A stretch of 64,000 bases of DNA from Klebsiella phage iPHaGe-KPN-11i. A program made the translations under genes and the position numbers. The stretch lies in sequence record OR637327.1. One strand, given 5' to 3'. Numbering within the stretch: position 1 is the first letter of the stretch; every line of letters starts with the position of its first letter. Positions 49,236 through 57,314 of this stretch are shown one piece after another. The notes below the pieces were generated by a model, which worked only from the letters and a program-made list of their open reading frames with translations, searched no databases and had not been told where the DNA came from.

Positions 49236-49347
49236 AACGCTGAATTTATCGCGAACAGACTACGTGCGGCGAAACCCATTTAAAAATGTTGCATAAATAA
49301 TAAGACGAGGGTATCATAGCCCTCTCTTGTTACAAATAGGTATTACA

Positions 49348-49995
49348 ATGAAGAAAATTATCTTTGCTGCCAGCATTTTCTTATGCTCTTTTTCTGGCAA
49401 CGCGGCGACTGATCCGTTAGGAGAGTTTATCCAAACACTCCCCGCTGTGAAGTCAACTTTACCGCTACAACAAGCAACAGTAATGAAGAAAGCGCCAGCC
49501 AATGCCCCCAGCTATGTTAAGGAATTGGATGATATTACACCAAAGCAGAAAAAGGTTTTGGAGTACGCTTTCAGGATCGGAAATGAGTACGATCGCAAAA
49601 CTGCAAAGCCAGTTGAATCGGAAACATCGAAACGTTTGGGATATCATTTAGCGGCTATTGCCTGGATCGAGTCTCGCGCATGTGAGAACGTAGGGAAAGG
49701 CAAAAAGAATCATCATGCTTATGGTTGTTTTCAAGTAACAGCCCGTAGCGCGTCCGCACGAATGGATAAATCATATTCCAAACGCGTAGTAATCAATAAG
49801 CTCGAAACCCTTCGGGGTGGTTCCAAGTACGCACTTCACGAACTGGAATACTGGCTTGATTACCACAAAGGCGACTTAAAAAAGGCGCTGGCGAGTTATA
49901 ACGCGGGGTTCAAGTATGGAAAGAAAGAAGCCCGTGAGTATGCTCGCATGGTTAACCATACCGCGAAGCTGTTAGAAGAAAAACGCATTATCTGA
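49348..49995 (+). CDS. secreted lytic transglycosylase-like protein (SLT domain)
   Basis: It has the signal peptide MKKIIFAASIFLCSFSGNAA and an ES...GxxQ core (AIAWIESRACEN...AYGCFQVT). Confidence 0.6.
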   Translation: MKKIIFAASIFLCSFSGNAATDPLGEFIQTLPAVKSTLPLQQATVMKKAPANAPSYVKELDDITPKQKKVLEYAFRIGNEYDRKTAKPVESETSKRLGYHLAAIAWIESRACENVGKGKKNHHAYGCFQVTARSASARMDKSYSKRVVINKLETLRGGSKYALHELEYWLDYHKGDLKKALASYNAGFKYGKKEAREYARMVNHTAKLLEEKRII

Positions 49996-49996
49996 T

Positions 49997-50040
49997 AAAA
50001 AGCCCTTGCGAAATTGCAAGGGCTTTTTTATTATGTGTGT
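49997..50040 (+). promoter_or_regulatory. PeSL-like cassette E (hairpin AGCCCTTGCGAAATTGCAAGGGCT; -35 TTGCGA; -10 TATTAT)
   Basis: AAAAAGCCCTTGCGAAATTGCAAGGGCTTTTTTATTATGTGTGT has a 17-nt spacer spanning the stem. Confidence 0.6.
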
Positions 50041-50062
50041 ACCAACTATTGAGGATTAAATC

Positions 50063-50467
50063 ATGAGTACATCACATCGAGTTATTACCAGTCACCCGAC
50101 TATCATCAAGCCGAACATGCTACACATCATTCAGGGTGTGCTGGACGAACTGAACAAAGATCCAAAGGTTAAAGTAGACACCATCACGGTCGATCGTCAT
50201 CGCATGGAATCTTTCAGCATTTACTTCGCATATGGTGAAGAAAAACGCAAACTGTTTATCTGTGAAAGTCAAGATATGTATCTTGACGTTGATGATAACA
50301 CAATTCATAGCGGTGGCGTTTACTTCAACCTGAACGTGTGGGGTAGCAACAAAGAGATCATGGATATCGTGAAAGTGGGTATTCGTAAGCACGTCCCGAA
50401 TGACGTTAGCATTTACGAATGTGTTAATGATGCAATTGAAGATCGCTTTGTGCGTGTGGGGGCGTAA
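50063..50467 (+). CDS. hypothetical protein
   Basis: 134-aa ORF downstream of cassette E. Confidence 0.6.
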   Translation: MSTSHRVITSHPTIIKPNMLHIIQGVLDELNKDPKVKVDTITVDRHRMESFSIYFAYGEEKRKLFICESQDMYLDVDDNTIHSGGVYFNLNVWGSNKEIMDIVKVGIRKHVPNDVSIYECVNDAIEDRFVRVGA

Positions 50468-51078
50468 TGGAAACTAAACTGACACCAGAACAGCAGTTAG
50501 TAATTATTGATGAACGTATCGACGAGATCAGGGCGGTAATGAAACCCTATCAGGAAAAGCTGAGTGGGTTGCTGAAAGCCCGTCAGGAGGTCAAAGACGA
50601 GATCGACAAGGCTACCGCGTCCCGCGTCCGTGCGATGACTCCAAAGAAACGCATGGAGTTTTACATCAATTCACCGAACAGCGGACATGAAATTTTCAGT
50701 GATGCGACTAAGTTCTTCCAGGATATGGGGCTGGGGATCGACGGGTACAACCCAGAAATAAATCAGCATATCCTCCGTATAGCGATGAATGAGGATCGTA
50801 GCAATCTCGAATCAGTCCTGAAATCGCTTCAACGCGTGAAACCATATGTGAAACCGATCGGCGGTAAACTACTATTCGATATCTTCGAACATACATGTTC
50901 ACAGTTCAACACGTATTGGTTAGCCTTTGACGTTGCAGAAGAACGCTGGATGTGCTTCACTGGCTGGAGCCTGAAACGCAATCAAAAGCCGGAATTTGAA
51001 AGCGATAGTTTGCGATCAGTGCTTGCGTATGTCTGCGAAACCCATTATTATAACCCTATCGAAAACGATTCATACTAA
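50467..51078 (+). CDS. hypothetical protein
   Basis: 203-aa ORF. Confidence 0.6.
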   Translation: METKLTPEQQLVIIDERIDEIRAVMKPYQEKLSGLLKARQEVKDEIDKATASRVRAMTPKKRMEFYINSPNSGHEIFSDATKFFQDMGLGIDGYNPEINQHILRIAMNEDRSNLESVLKSLQRVKPYVKPIGGKLLFDIFEHTCSQFNTYWLAFDVAEERWMCFTGWSLKRNQKPEFESDSLRSVLAYVCETHYYNPIENDSY

Positions 51079-51087
51079 GGTAAAACG

Positions 51088-51408
51088 ATGAAAAAACTTG
51101 CGCTGTTACTCACTCTGTTCGCTGGCTTCGCTCATGCTGATGATCGACTGGCTGAACTCTGCAATAATCGTGACATTAAAGACGTTGCGGTATGTGAACA
51201 GGTGATTGCCGAACAACTGGACGCGGCTTATGTGTGGGGAGAAGAAAACGCGCACCTCTTCAAGCGTCAGAAGCTGGTTAAACAGCGTGAGTTTTTGCAG
51301 TCTGAACCGATGATGACCCTCTGCACCAAAGCGCCAAATAAGGAACGTTGTGAAAAACTCCGTACTTACCTGGTTGAAGAATATAACGCTGGTATAGGAT
51401 TATACTGA
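51088..51408 (+). CDS. secreted protein (signal peptide MKKLALLLTLFAGFAHA)
   Basis: 106 aa, with 4 Cys in the mature part. Confidence 0.6.
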   Translation: MKKLALLLTLFAGFAHADDRLAELCNNRDIKDVAVCEQVIAEQLDAAYVWGEENAHLFKRQKLVKQREFLQSEPMMTLCTKAPNKERCEKLRTYLVEEYNAGIGLY

Positions 51409-51554
51409 TGATGGGATTAGTGATCTTTTATGGGTGTGTGATTGCTGCTGCAATCATTATCTGGTATTACGTTAAAAAGCCAAACGAAAGCTCGTTCCCT
51501 GTATATGATGACGAGTTGGAAGCGTGGCAAAGATGGGACGACGAATTTAAATGA
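51408..51554 (+). CDS. small membrane protein (48 aa)
   Basis: ATGATG overlaps the preceding TGA and gives MMGLVIFYGCVIAAAIIIWYYVKKP... Coordinates approximate. Confidence 0.4.
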   Translation: MMGLVIFYGCVIAAAIIIWYYVKKPNESSFPVYDDELEAWQRWDDEFK

Positions 51555-51649
51555 ACACAGGTTATATCTTAATGTGTGTTATTGTTGTGATCGCGGGGCT
51601 GGCTGTGCTGGCTTACCGCCACTATACAGGTGATGAAAATGATTATTAA
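51551..51649 (+). CDS. small membrane peptide (32 aa)
   Basis: MNTGYILMCVIVVIAGLAVLAYRHYTGDENDY, with an ATGA overlap. Confidence 0.35.
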   Translation: MNTGYILMCVIVVIAGLAVLAYRHYTGDENDY

Positions 51650-52157
51650 CAAGGAGAAAGAAACCGATTACACTCTTTCTCTTCTACGGGAATCTTTCTC
51701 GTATAATAAAGATACGGGTATCTTTACTTGTATAAACAAGAAAGCAAAACGATATTTTGGGAAACCTGCCGGAACGTTACATAACAGTGGGTATATCCGA
51801 TTAGGCATTCGTGTAGATGGAAAGCCAGTATTATATCTTGCTCAACGTGTTGCGTGGGCTTTTGTTACTGGAAGTTGGCCTGAAAATATGATTGACCATA
51901 AAGATACGATTAAACAAAACAACGCTTTTGATAATCTACGAGAGGCTACACGTTCAATCAATGCGTATAATTATCGACGGATAAGCAACGCAAATGCTTC
52001 TGGATATAGGGGTGTTCATGTTGATTCTCGTGGAAATCGTGTACGATATGGTGCATATTATGGGAAAACGAGATTAGGTACTTTTGACAGTGCCGAAGAA
52101 GCACACGAAGCATATATGAAATATGTTAAATCTATTCATGAGGTTGTGATTGAATGA
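51633..52157 (+). CDS. HNH-AP2 homing endonuclease (copy 2)
   Basis: YLAQRVAWAFVTGSWPENMIDHKDTIKQNNAFDNL (HNH_3) plus GYRGVHVDSRGNRVRYGAYYGKTRLGTFDSAEEAHEAY (AP2). The table start at 51630 is a GTG. Confidence 0.8.
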   Translation: MKMIINKEKETDYTLSLLRESFSYNKDTGIFTCINKKAKRYFGKPAGTLHNSGYIRLGIRVDGKPVLYLAQRVAWAFVTGSWPENMIDHKDTIKQNNAFDNLREATRSINAYNYRRISNANASGYRGVHVDSRGNRVRYGAYYGKTRLGTFDSAEEAHEAYMKYVKSIHEVVIE

Positions 52158-52366
52158 GACCGCAAGAACAAAAGCTGTTAAAACACAAGCTGAAACAACT
52201 GGGAGAAGCGTATCAGGATTATGCCGAAGATGATGATCCTGATTCACGTAACTACAATCAATCCTGTATCGACGATATTACAGCGGATATCCTGGATTTC
52301 GTTGAAAATGAAATCACCGATGCTGTTCGTGATGCGGTAGCAGTGGAGCGAGCTAATCATGACTGA
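52154..52366 (+). CDS. hypothetical acidic protein
   Basis: 70-aa ORF. Confidence 0.5.
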   Translation: MRPQEQKLLKHKLKQLGEAYQDYAEDDDPDSRNYNQSCIDDITADILDFVENEITDAVRDAVAVERANHD

Positions 52367-52574
52367 CAAAATCAAAGCTAAAGCAATGAAGGTGATTGCG
52401 ACATACGGAACACTCCGTTGGTGTAACGCGCAGGTGTGCGGGTGTATGGGTTGCGCAAATCATACTATGACGAAAGAAGAGTATGATATTGCTATCCAGA
52501 TACCGGAAATCAAAGAGCATCTTGCGCGACATAATGAAAAACTCATGGGTAAAGGATGGTTTTCAATTGGCTAA
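52359..52574 (+). CDS. hypothetical protein
   Basis: 71-aa ORF. Confidence 0.5.
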   Translation: MTDKIKAKAMKVIATYGTLRWCNAQVCGCMGCANHTMTKEEYDIAIQIPEIKEHLARHNEKLMGKGWFSIG

Positions 52575-52764
52575 CGCACACATTATAGAAAAAGTTCGTT
52601 GTCGGGATTGTCATTTTCCTTTGATTTGCGTCATGAACATTGACAAACCCCCTTACGACGAGTGGGATTGGTGGATATACTGTTCAAACAAAACATGCAA
52701 AAACCATGAAGGTGAGGGCAAATTCCAGAATCATATTAAGTTTGTGGAGCGTGTCAATGGCTAA
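52534..52764 (+). CDS. possible small Cys-rich protein
   Basis: MKNSWVKDG...CRDCHFPLICV..., with no clear SD, overlapping its neighbours by ~40 nt. Confidence 0.3.
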   Translation: MKNSWVKDGFQLANAHIIEKVRCRDCHFPLICVMNIDKPPYDEWDWWIYCSNKTCKNHEGEGKFQNHIKFVERVNG

Positions 52765-53341
52765 ATTGTATTATCACTATGCATCCATGAACGCTGGCAA
52801 AAGTGCGCGACTATTGACGGACGCGCACAATTACAAAGAGCGCGGTATGCGAGTTGTAATCTATAAGCCAGCAATCGACACCCGCACATCAAACACAGTG
52901 AGTTCGCGTATCGGGCTGAACGAAAAGTGTGAATTGATTGCGCCTGATATGGATCTGTTCTGGGACATTCAGCGCCGGAATAAAATTGCTTGCATCTTCG
53001 TTGACGAGGCGCAATTCCTTTCGAAGAAAAACGTTTTCGATCTATGTCGCGTTGTTGATGAACTCGAAATCCCTGTAATGGCTTACGGTCTGCGTACTGA
53101 TTTTCAGTTGAATCTGTTCGAGGGTTCTTACTGGTTGCTGGCCTGGGCAGACGAGATCCGAGAACTGCGCGGAATGTGTCACTGTGGGCGTAAAGCAACT
53201 ACGGTTGCACGTATCGACGCACAAGGCAACTTCGTAACCGAAGGGGCGCAGGTTGAGATCGGAGCCGAAGACAAATACGTTTCGCTCTGTCGCAAACATT
53301 ATCACGAAAAACTTCTTGATAATGTTGGTCTGAACTGTTAA
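52757..53341 (+). CDS. tk: thymidine kinase
   Basis: YASMNAGKSARLLTDAHNYKERGMRV (T4: YAAMNAGKSASLLIAAHNYKERGMSV), FVDEAQFL, VMAYGLRTDF and CHCGRKAT...SLCRKH. Confidence 0.93.
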   Translation: MAKLYYHYASMNAGKSARLLTDAHNYKERGMRVVIYKPAIDTRTSNTVSSRIGLNEKCELIAPDMDLFWDIQRRNKIACIFVDEAQFLSKKNVFDLCRVVDELEIPVMAYGLRTDFQLNLFEGSYWLLAWADEIRELRGMCHCGRKATTVARIDAQGNFVTEGAQVEIGAEDKYVSLCRKHYHEKLLDNVGLNC

Positions 53342-53371
53342 GGTGTATTCAGACAAACAAAGGAGAACACT

Positions 53372-53764
53372 ATGAGCCGTACTTACCGTAAGAAATATGT
53401 TCCAGTCCGTGATAAGTCCTCTATCGAACAAATCGAAGAGACAAAAGCATTTTCACAGTATTATGCACAGCACGGAGAAAGCCCTGATGGTATTCGTTGG
53501 TACTCAACCAACTGGAAACACAAATCAGGTTGCGCATATATCCGGTTCGATAAAAACCTGAATCGCGACGGTAACAAAGCTCATCGTGATATCTCCGCGA
53601 TGCTTTCAATCGCTGTGAAAAAGATTGATTCGAAAGTACGCGCTAAAATGCGTCAGGAATTACGCCGGATGAAAGCTGGCGTAATTGGATGGGATGAAAA
53701 TATCGAGAACGCAAATAAGATCCGCGCTTTTGAGCGTAGCTTATGCTGGTATGAGATAACTTGA
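53372..53764 (+). CDS. hypothetical protein
   Basis: 130-aa ORF preceded by an AAAGGAGAA SD. Confidence 0.6.
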   Translation: MSRTYRKKYVPVRDKSSIEQIEETKAFSQYYAQHGESPDGIRWYSTNWKHKSGCAYIRFDKNLNRDGNKAHRDISAMLSIAVKKIDSKVRAKMRQELRRMKAGVIGWDENIENANKIRAFERSLCWYEIT

Positions 53765-53788
53765 TGTATTTTTAGACTAATTTTACAT

Positions 53789-53821
53789 AAGGGGCGATTC
53801 GCCCCTTTTTTGCTATAAATA
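53789..53821 (+). promoter_or_regulatory. intrinsic terminator (AAGGGGCGATTCGCCCCTTTTTT) immediately followed by an exact T4 late-promoter box TATAAATA
   Basis: GGGGCGATTCGCCCC + T6, then GCTATAAATATATAC on the plus strand, upstream of the ORF at 53872. Confidence 0.6.
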
Positions 53822-53871
53822 TATACAGGAACGGATCTATTGTTGATCCGTAAGCACGTAGAGAATTGCTT

Positions 53872-54156
53872 ATGAACATTAAACGCATATCTAAAGCGCT
53901 GATGTTTGGTTTGTTAATCTTGTCTCCGTCATCACATGCTGATGATAGGTCAGTAGTCGCCAAAGAGTTCGATTACTATATCAATGCGGCGCTACAGGTA
54001 TATCTTGACACCATCCCTCCCAGCGTAAATACCAGTGAACTATTCTATAATTACATGGAACGAAAATGGCAGCAGAAGCAATGTAAATCCGAACCCGAAT
54101 GTAAACGTTTAGGGCTACGGGTTGCAAGTGAATTCGCCGCTATTCATCGTTCATAA
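53872..54156 (+). CDS. secreted protein (signal peptide)
   Basis: MNIKRISKALMFGLLILSPSSHADD... Confidence 0.55.
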   Translation: MNIKRISKALMFGLLILSPSSHADDRSVVAKEFDYYINAALQVYLDTIPPSVNTSELFYNYMERKWQQKQCKSEPECKRLGLRVASEFAAIHRS

Positions 54157-54159
54157 GGG

Positions 54160-54549
54160 ATGAAGATGCAGACGTTTAACGAAGTAACAGAACGCGATAC
54201 CGCGAGTAAAATTGATGCCTTTATTGGCACTTGCTTAATGTCTGTAACCTATATGCACAGCGCACATTTTGCGACTGGTTCATATTCACAGCATAAAGCA
54301 TTTGAAGGGTTTTACGAAGATATGCAGGATTTGGTTGATAAATTCACCGAAATCCATATAGGCATTACTGGTCGATACAAACCCGTATTAAAAACAGAAA
54401 ATGTGCTTGACACGGTCGCGTATCTCCGTAAAATAGCCGATGAAGCCAACGAAATCTATGATTCAGTAGATAGTTCATTGAAGAACGTCCTGGACGAGAT
54501 CAAAGGCTTGTGCTATCAAACGATTTACAAGCTGACAAAACTTTCTTAA
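54160..54549 (+). CDS. hypothetical protein
   Basis: 129-aa ORF. Confidence 0.55.
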   Translation: MKMQTFNEVTERDTASKIDAFIGTCLMSVTYMHSAHFATGSYSQHKAFEGFYEDMQDLVDKFTEIHIGITGRYKPVLKTENVLDTVAYLRKIADEANEIYDSVDSSLKNVLDEIKGLCYQTIYKLTKLS

Positions 54550-54556
54550 AAAGAGT

Positions 54557-54584
54557 TTGACAAGCGAAAAAGTGATGATAGAAT
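54557..54584 (+). promoter_or_regulatory. sigma70 early promoter TTGACA-N16-TGaTAGAAT
   Basis: TTGACAAGCGAAAAAGTGATGATAGAAT; coordinates approximate. Confidence 0.6.
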
Positions 54585-54610
54585 AACTATCGAATTGAAA
54601 CATAAACCCA

Positions 54611-55537
54611 ATGGAAATAATGATGAACTTAAACACTATCGTAAACAACCCGAAGAAAACCACACTGATCGCTCTGGGCGTAATCGCCGCTCTGTGGCTG
54701 GTTCCGAACTCGTACACTATCGTTCAGGATGGTACGGTAAAAACTCAAACCTTCATGGGTAAAGTTTCACCGAAGCCTGTTCTGCCTGGTTTCCACCTGG
54801 TAAATCCACTGGCTGATTTCGAGGTGTTCAACACCAAAGACATCGCAATGAAGTTCGACAAGTTGCAGGTTCCGTCCCAGGATAAATTCAAATCCACTGT
54901 GGATATGACCGTGATGTTACAGTTCGATGGTAGCAAAGCCCCGATCAACCGTATCAATGCGGGTAGTCAGGATCAGGCGCTGGATAAATATGTGACTGAA
55001 AAACTTCTGTCAACTGTCCGTGAGTTCGGTAAATCTGTACCGAAAGCACAGGATCTGTATAATGCAGAAGTTCAAAGCCAGCTACAGATCGCGATTCAGC
55101 AGGAAGTAGAAGAGTATGCCCGTCCTTACGGTTACACCGTGAAACAGGTATTCTTGCAGGATATCGACCTGCCGGAAGCGATCAAGAAGCAGGTTGAAAA
55201 CACGAAAATTCGTGAAGAACAGGTGAACGCAGAAAAAGCAGAACTTGCGCGTAAAGAGCAAATCGCTCAACAGGCGGTTGTTCAGGCAGTAGCCGACAAA
55301 GAAGCCCGTAGCAACGCTGCACAAGCTAACGAACGTGATGCTGATGCCCGTCTGTATGCGGCTAAGAAAGAAGCCGAAGCAAACGCCATTCTGCAACGCA
55401 CAATCACCCCAGAAATGATCCGCTGGAAAGAACTTGATGTTCAGCAGACCATCGCGGAAAAATATCAGGGCGGTGTACCTCAAACTGTCATGGGTTCTGA
55501 TTACGCTGGTAAAGTGATTTTCGATTCTCGTAAATAA
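54611..55537 (+). CDS. SPFH / Band-7 (stomatin-prohibitin-HflK/C-like) membrane protein
   Basis: It has an N-terminal TM (LIALGVIAALWLV), an SPFH core with an ..FDS.. C-terminus, and an A/E/Q-rich coiled coil (EEQVNAEKAELARKEQIAQQAVVQ...). The start is 54611, or 54620-54623. Confidence 0.7.
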   Translation: MEIMMNLNTIVNNPKKTTLIALGVIAALWLVPNSYTIVQDGTVKTQTFMGKVSPKPVLPGFHLVNPLADFEVFNTKDIAMKFDKLQVPSQDKFKSTVDMTVMLQFDGSKAPINRINAGSQDQALDKYVTEKLLSTVREFGKSVPKAQDLYNAEVQSQLQIAIQQEVEEYARPYGYTVKQVFLQDIDLPEAIKKQVENTKIREEQVNAEKAELARKEQIAQQAVVQAVADKEARSNAAQANERDADARLYAAKKEAEANAILQRTITPEMIRWKELDVQQTIAEKYQGGVPQTVMGSDYAGKVIFDSRK

Positions 55538-55543
55538 GGGTTT

Positions 55544-55570
55544 AAAGCCCCCAGAGCGGGGGCTTTCTCC
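55544..55570 (+). terminator. intrinsic terminator AAAGCCCCC-AGAGC-GGGGGCTTTCTCC
   Basis: A GC hairpin plus a U-rich tail. Confidence 0.6.
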
Positions 55571-55586
55571 GAACGAGAATACTACA

Positions 55587-55685
55587 ATGAACATAAAACA
55601 GATCATCCTTACTATCTTCATTTCGCTATTCTTCGGCTTTATTGGCGGTTTTCTTGGTGTATTGGTGATTGCGTCTGTTTTATGA
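55587..55685 (+). CDS. possible 32-aa hydrophobic peptide
   Basis: MNIKQIILTIFISLFFGFIGGFLGVLVIASVL, with a weak SD. Confidence 0.3.
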   Translation: MNIKQIILTIFISLFFGFIGGFLGVLVIASVL

Positions 55686-55710
55686 TTAACCTTTAAACGT
55701 GGAGCACGTT

Positions 55711-56766
55711 ATGAAACAATTTGATAAAGCTGTCGTAATTGGCAGATTCCAACCCTTCCATAATGGTCATGCAGCAATGGTGCGTAAAGCACTCGGAGAA
55801 GCAAAGATCGTTTACATCCTTCTGGGTTCAGCATATGCTTACCCTAACGTTTTAAACCCGCTGACGGCGCGTGAGCGTCAAACCATGATCTTCTCATGGC
55901 TTAATGCTAACTTCCCGATCGAAGATGTTGTTCGTGTTCAGTTTGAGAACATTCCAGATTATCTTTACAACGAAGAGAAATGGAAAACCTCTGTTCGTAC
56001 TGCTATCAGGGAAACCAAAGGCGACAAAATCGCTATCTACGGTTACGAAAAAGATGCAGGTTCATACTGGCTTAAAGCGTTCGGATGGACACACGTACCA
56101 GTTCCACCTGTCCAGATTAACGGCAAGGATCTATCAGCAACCGATCTTCGTCCGATTATCTTTAACCATAAAAACGGGTGGGATAAGCAACTGTTGCGCT
56201 TTGTTCCTCAAACAACAGTCAATTATATTGACAAATGGATGATGGAAGACACGTTCTGGCGTTTATTCTACGAATACGAGAAATGGGAGAGCGAATTGGA
56301 GAAATTCAAAAACTACCCATACCCCGACGCGCTGAACTGCTGCACGGGTGATAGCGTGGTTGTGTGTAACAATCACCTGCTAGTAATTCGTCGTAAGTTC
56401 GCCCCAGGTAAAGACGCGTTAGCCCTTCCCGGCGGACACAAAAACGCAAATGAAACGTTCCTGGATTGTGCGATCCGTGAACTGCTCGAAGAGGTGCGGA
56501 TCAAAGTTCCTGAAAAGGTTATCCGTGGTTCAATCCGCAATTCGATGTTGTTCGATCATCCGAAGCGTTCCGTACACTTCTCAAAACCGACTGTGGCGCA
56601 GTACATCAAGTTAGAGCCTAACAATGATGGAAGTCTGCCCCGTATTATGGGCGGTTCTGACGATGCGTTAGAGGCGTTCTGGATGCCCTTACATGAGGTC
56701 GTGCAACGACAAGGGGAATTCTTCGATGACCACTATCAAATCGTTGTAGCTTTCACGGGACTCTGA
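55711..56766 (+). CDS. bifunctional nicotinamide-mononucleotide adenylyltransferase / Nudix hydrolase (NatV/NadM-Nudix-like)
   Basis: An N-terminal HxGH nucleotidyltransferase motif (VIGRFQPFHNGHAAMV) and a C-terminal Nudix box (GGHKNANETFLDCAIRELLEEVRI). The table start at 55699 is a GTG; the ATG is at 55711. Confidence 0.8.
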   Translation: MKQFDKAVVIGRFQPFHNGHAAMVRKALGEAKIVYILLGSAYAYPNVLNPLTARERQTMIFSWLNANFPIEDVVRVQFENIPDYLYNEEKWKTSVRTAIRETKGDKIAIYGYEKDAGSYWLKAFGWTHVPVPPVQINGKDLSATDLRPIIFNHKNGWDKQLLRFVPQTTVNYIDKWMMEDTFWRLFYEYEKWESELEKFKNYPYPDALNCCTGDSVVVCNNHLLVIRRKFAPGKDALALPGGHKNANETFLDCAIRELLEEVRIKVPEKVIRGSIRNSMLFDHPKRSVHFSKPTVAQYIKLEPNNDGSLPRIMGGSDDALEAFWMPLHEVVQRQGEFFDDHYQIVVAFTGL

Positions 56767-56777
56767 TAAAAGATTAA

Positions 56778-56818
56778 AAAAGCCCTTGCGTTCGCGTGAG
56801 GGCTTTTGTATTATATAC
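56778..56818 (+). promoter_or_regulatory. PeSL-like cassette F (hairpin AGCCCTTGCGTTCGCGTGAGGGCT; -35 TTGCGT; -10 TATTAT)
   Basis: AAAAAAGCCCTTGCGTTCGCGTGAGGGCTTTTGTATTATATACACATACC. Confidence 0.55.
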
Positions 56819-56850
56819 ACATACCGCATGAATAATGAAAAGGAAGAAAA

Positions 56851-57045
56851 ATGAATACGATCAACGTTTCTAAAGCTGATGTTATGAAAGCAACGATTAT
56901 TGCTACCGAAGCCATTTCATTCATGGCTAAGAAAGCAGGAGTTGATGGTGCTGTTATCCTGATGGAGATTACAAACAACCCAGAAGGCAACACCGCAAGG
57001 TATTTCAAAGATCTTACTTCCTATGCAATGGAAGAATTTAAATGA
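56851..57045 (+). CDS. hypothetical protein
   Basis: 64-aa ORF downstream of cassette F. Confidence 0.55.
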   Translation: MNTINVSKADVMKATIIATEAISFMAKKAGVDGAVILMEITNNPEGNTARYFKDLTSYAMEEFK

Positions 57046-57314
57046 TTAAACGTCCTTACTGCCTCGTAAACCGTCCGATCTGTGCGGGTGGTTTACCCGT
57101 CAACTGCTGGCAGTTGGTTGAAACAGGTGAAGCGTTCCTGAATAAACGCGGTGATAAAGTATTCGTCTATGGTGTGGACTCGATCGAGAATGAAACGATG
57201 GTGATCACCGACGAGAAAACAAAAGAAAAATATACGTTGACTTCCGACCACGATTGCCGTAACTTCAACGTGTACTGGAAATCTAATGAAGACTTTGAAG
57301 GAATTAAATCATGA
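57042..57314 (+). CDS. hypothetical protein
   Basis: 90-aa ORF. Confidence 0.55.
   Translation: MIKRPYCLVNRPICAGGLPVNCWQLVETGEAFLNKRGDKVFVYGVDSIENETMVITDEKTKEKYTLTSDHDCRNFNVYWKSNEDFEGIKS

Noticed and set aside
49236-49347. 113-nt intergenic gap before the SLT-like gene as a possible small RNA
   Set aside because: It has no convincing stem-loop or promoter/terminator pair. It is more likely just a leader with an imperfect palindrome (GAGGGTATCATAGCCCTCTC) acting as a weak terminator.
51442-51633. 63-aa table ORF MLLQSLSGITLKS...
   Set aside because: It is out of frame with, and overlapped by, two short hydrophobic ORFs that have better start-stop coupling. It is probably spurious.
52761-53431. 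145-aa and 129-aa minus-strand ORFs opposite tk
   Set aside because: tk on the plus strand is unambiguous, so these are antisense artefacts.
55082-55621. 179-aa minus-strand ORF opposite the SPFH gene
   Set aside because: It is antisense to a gene with a clear SPFH domain and its own promoter.
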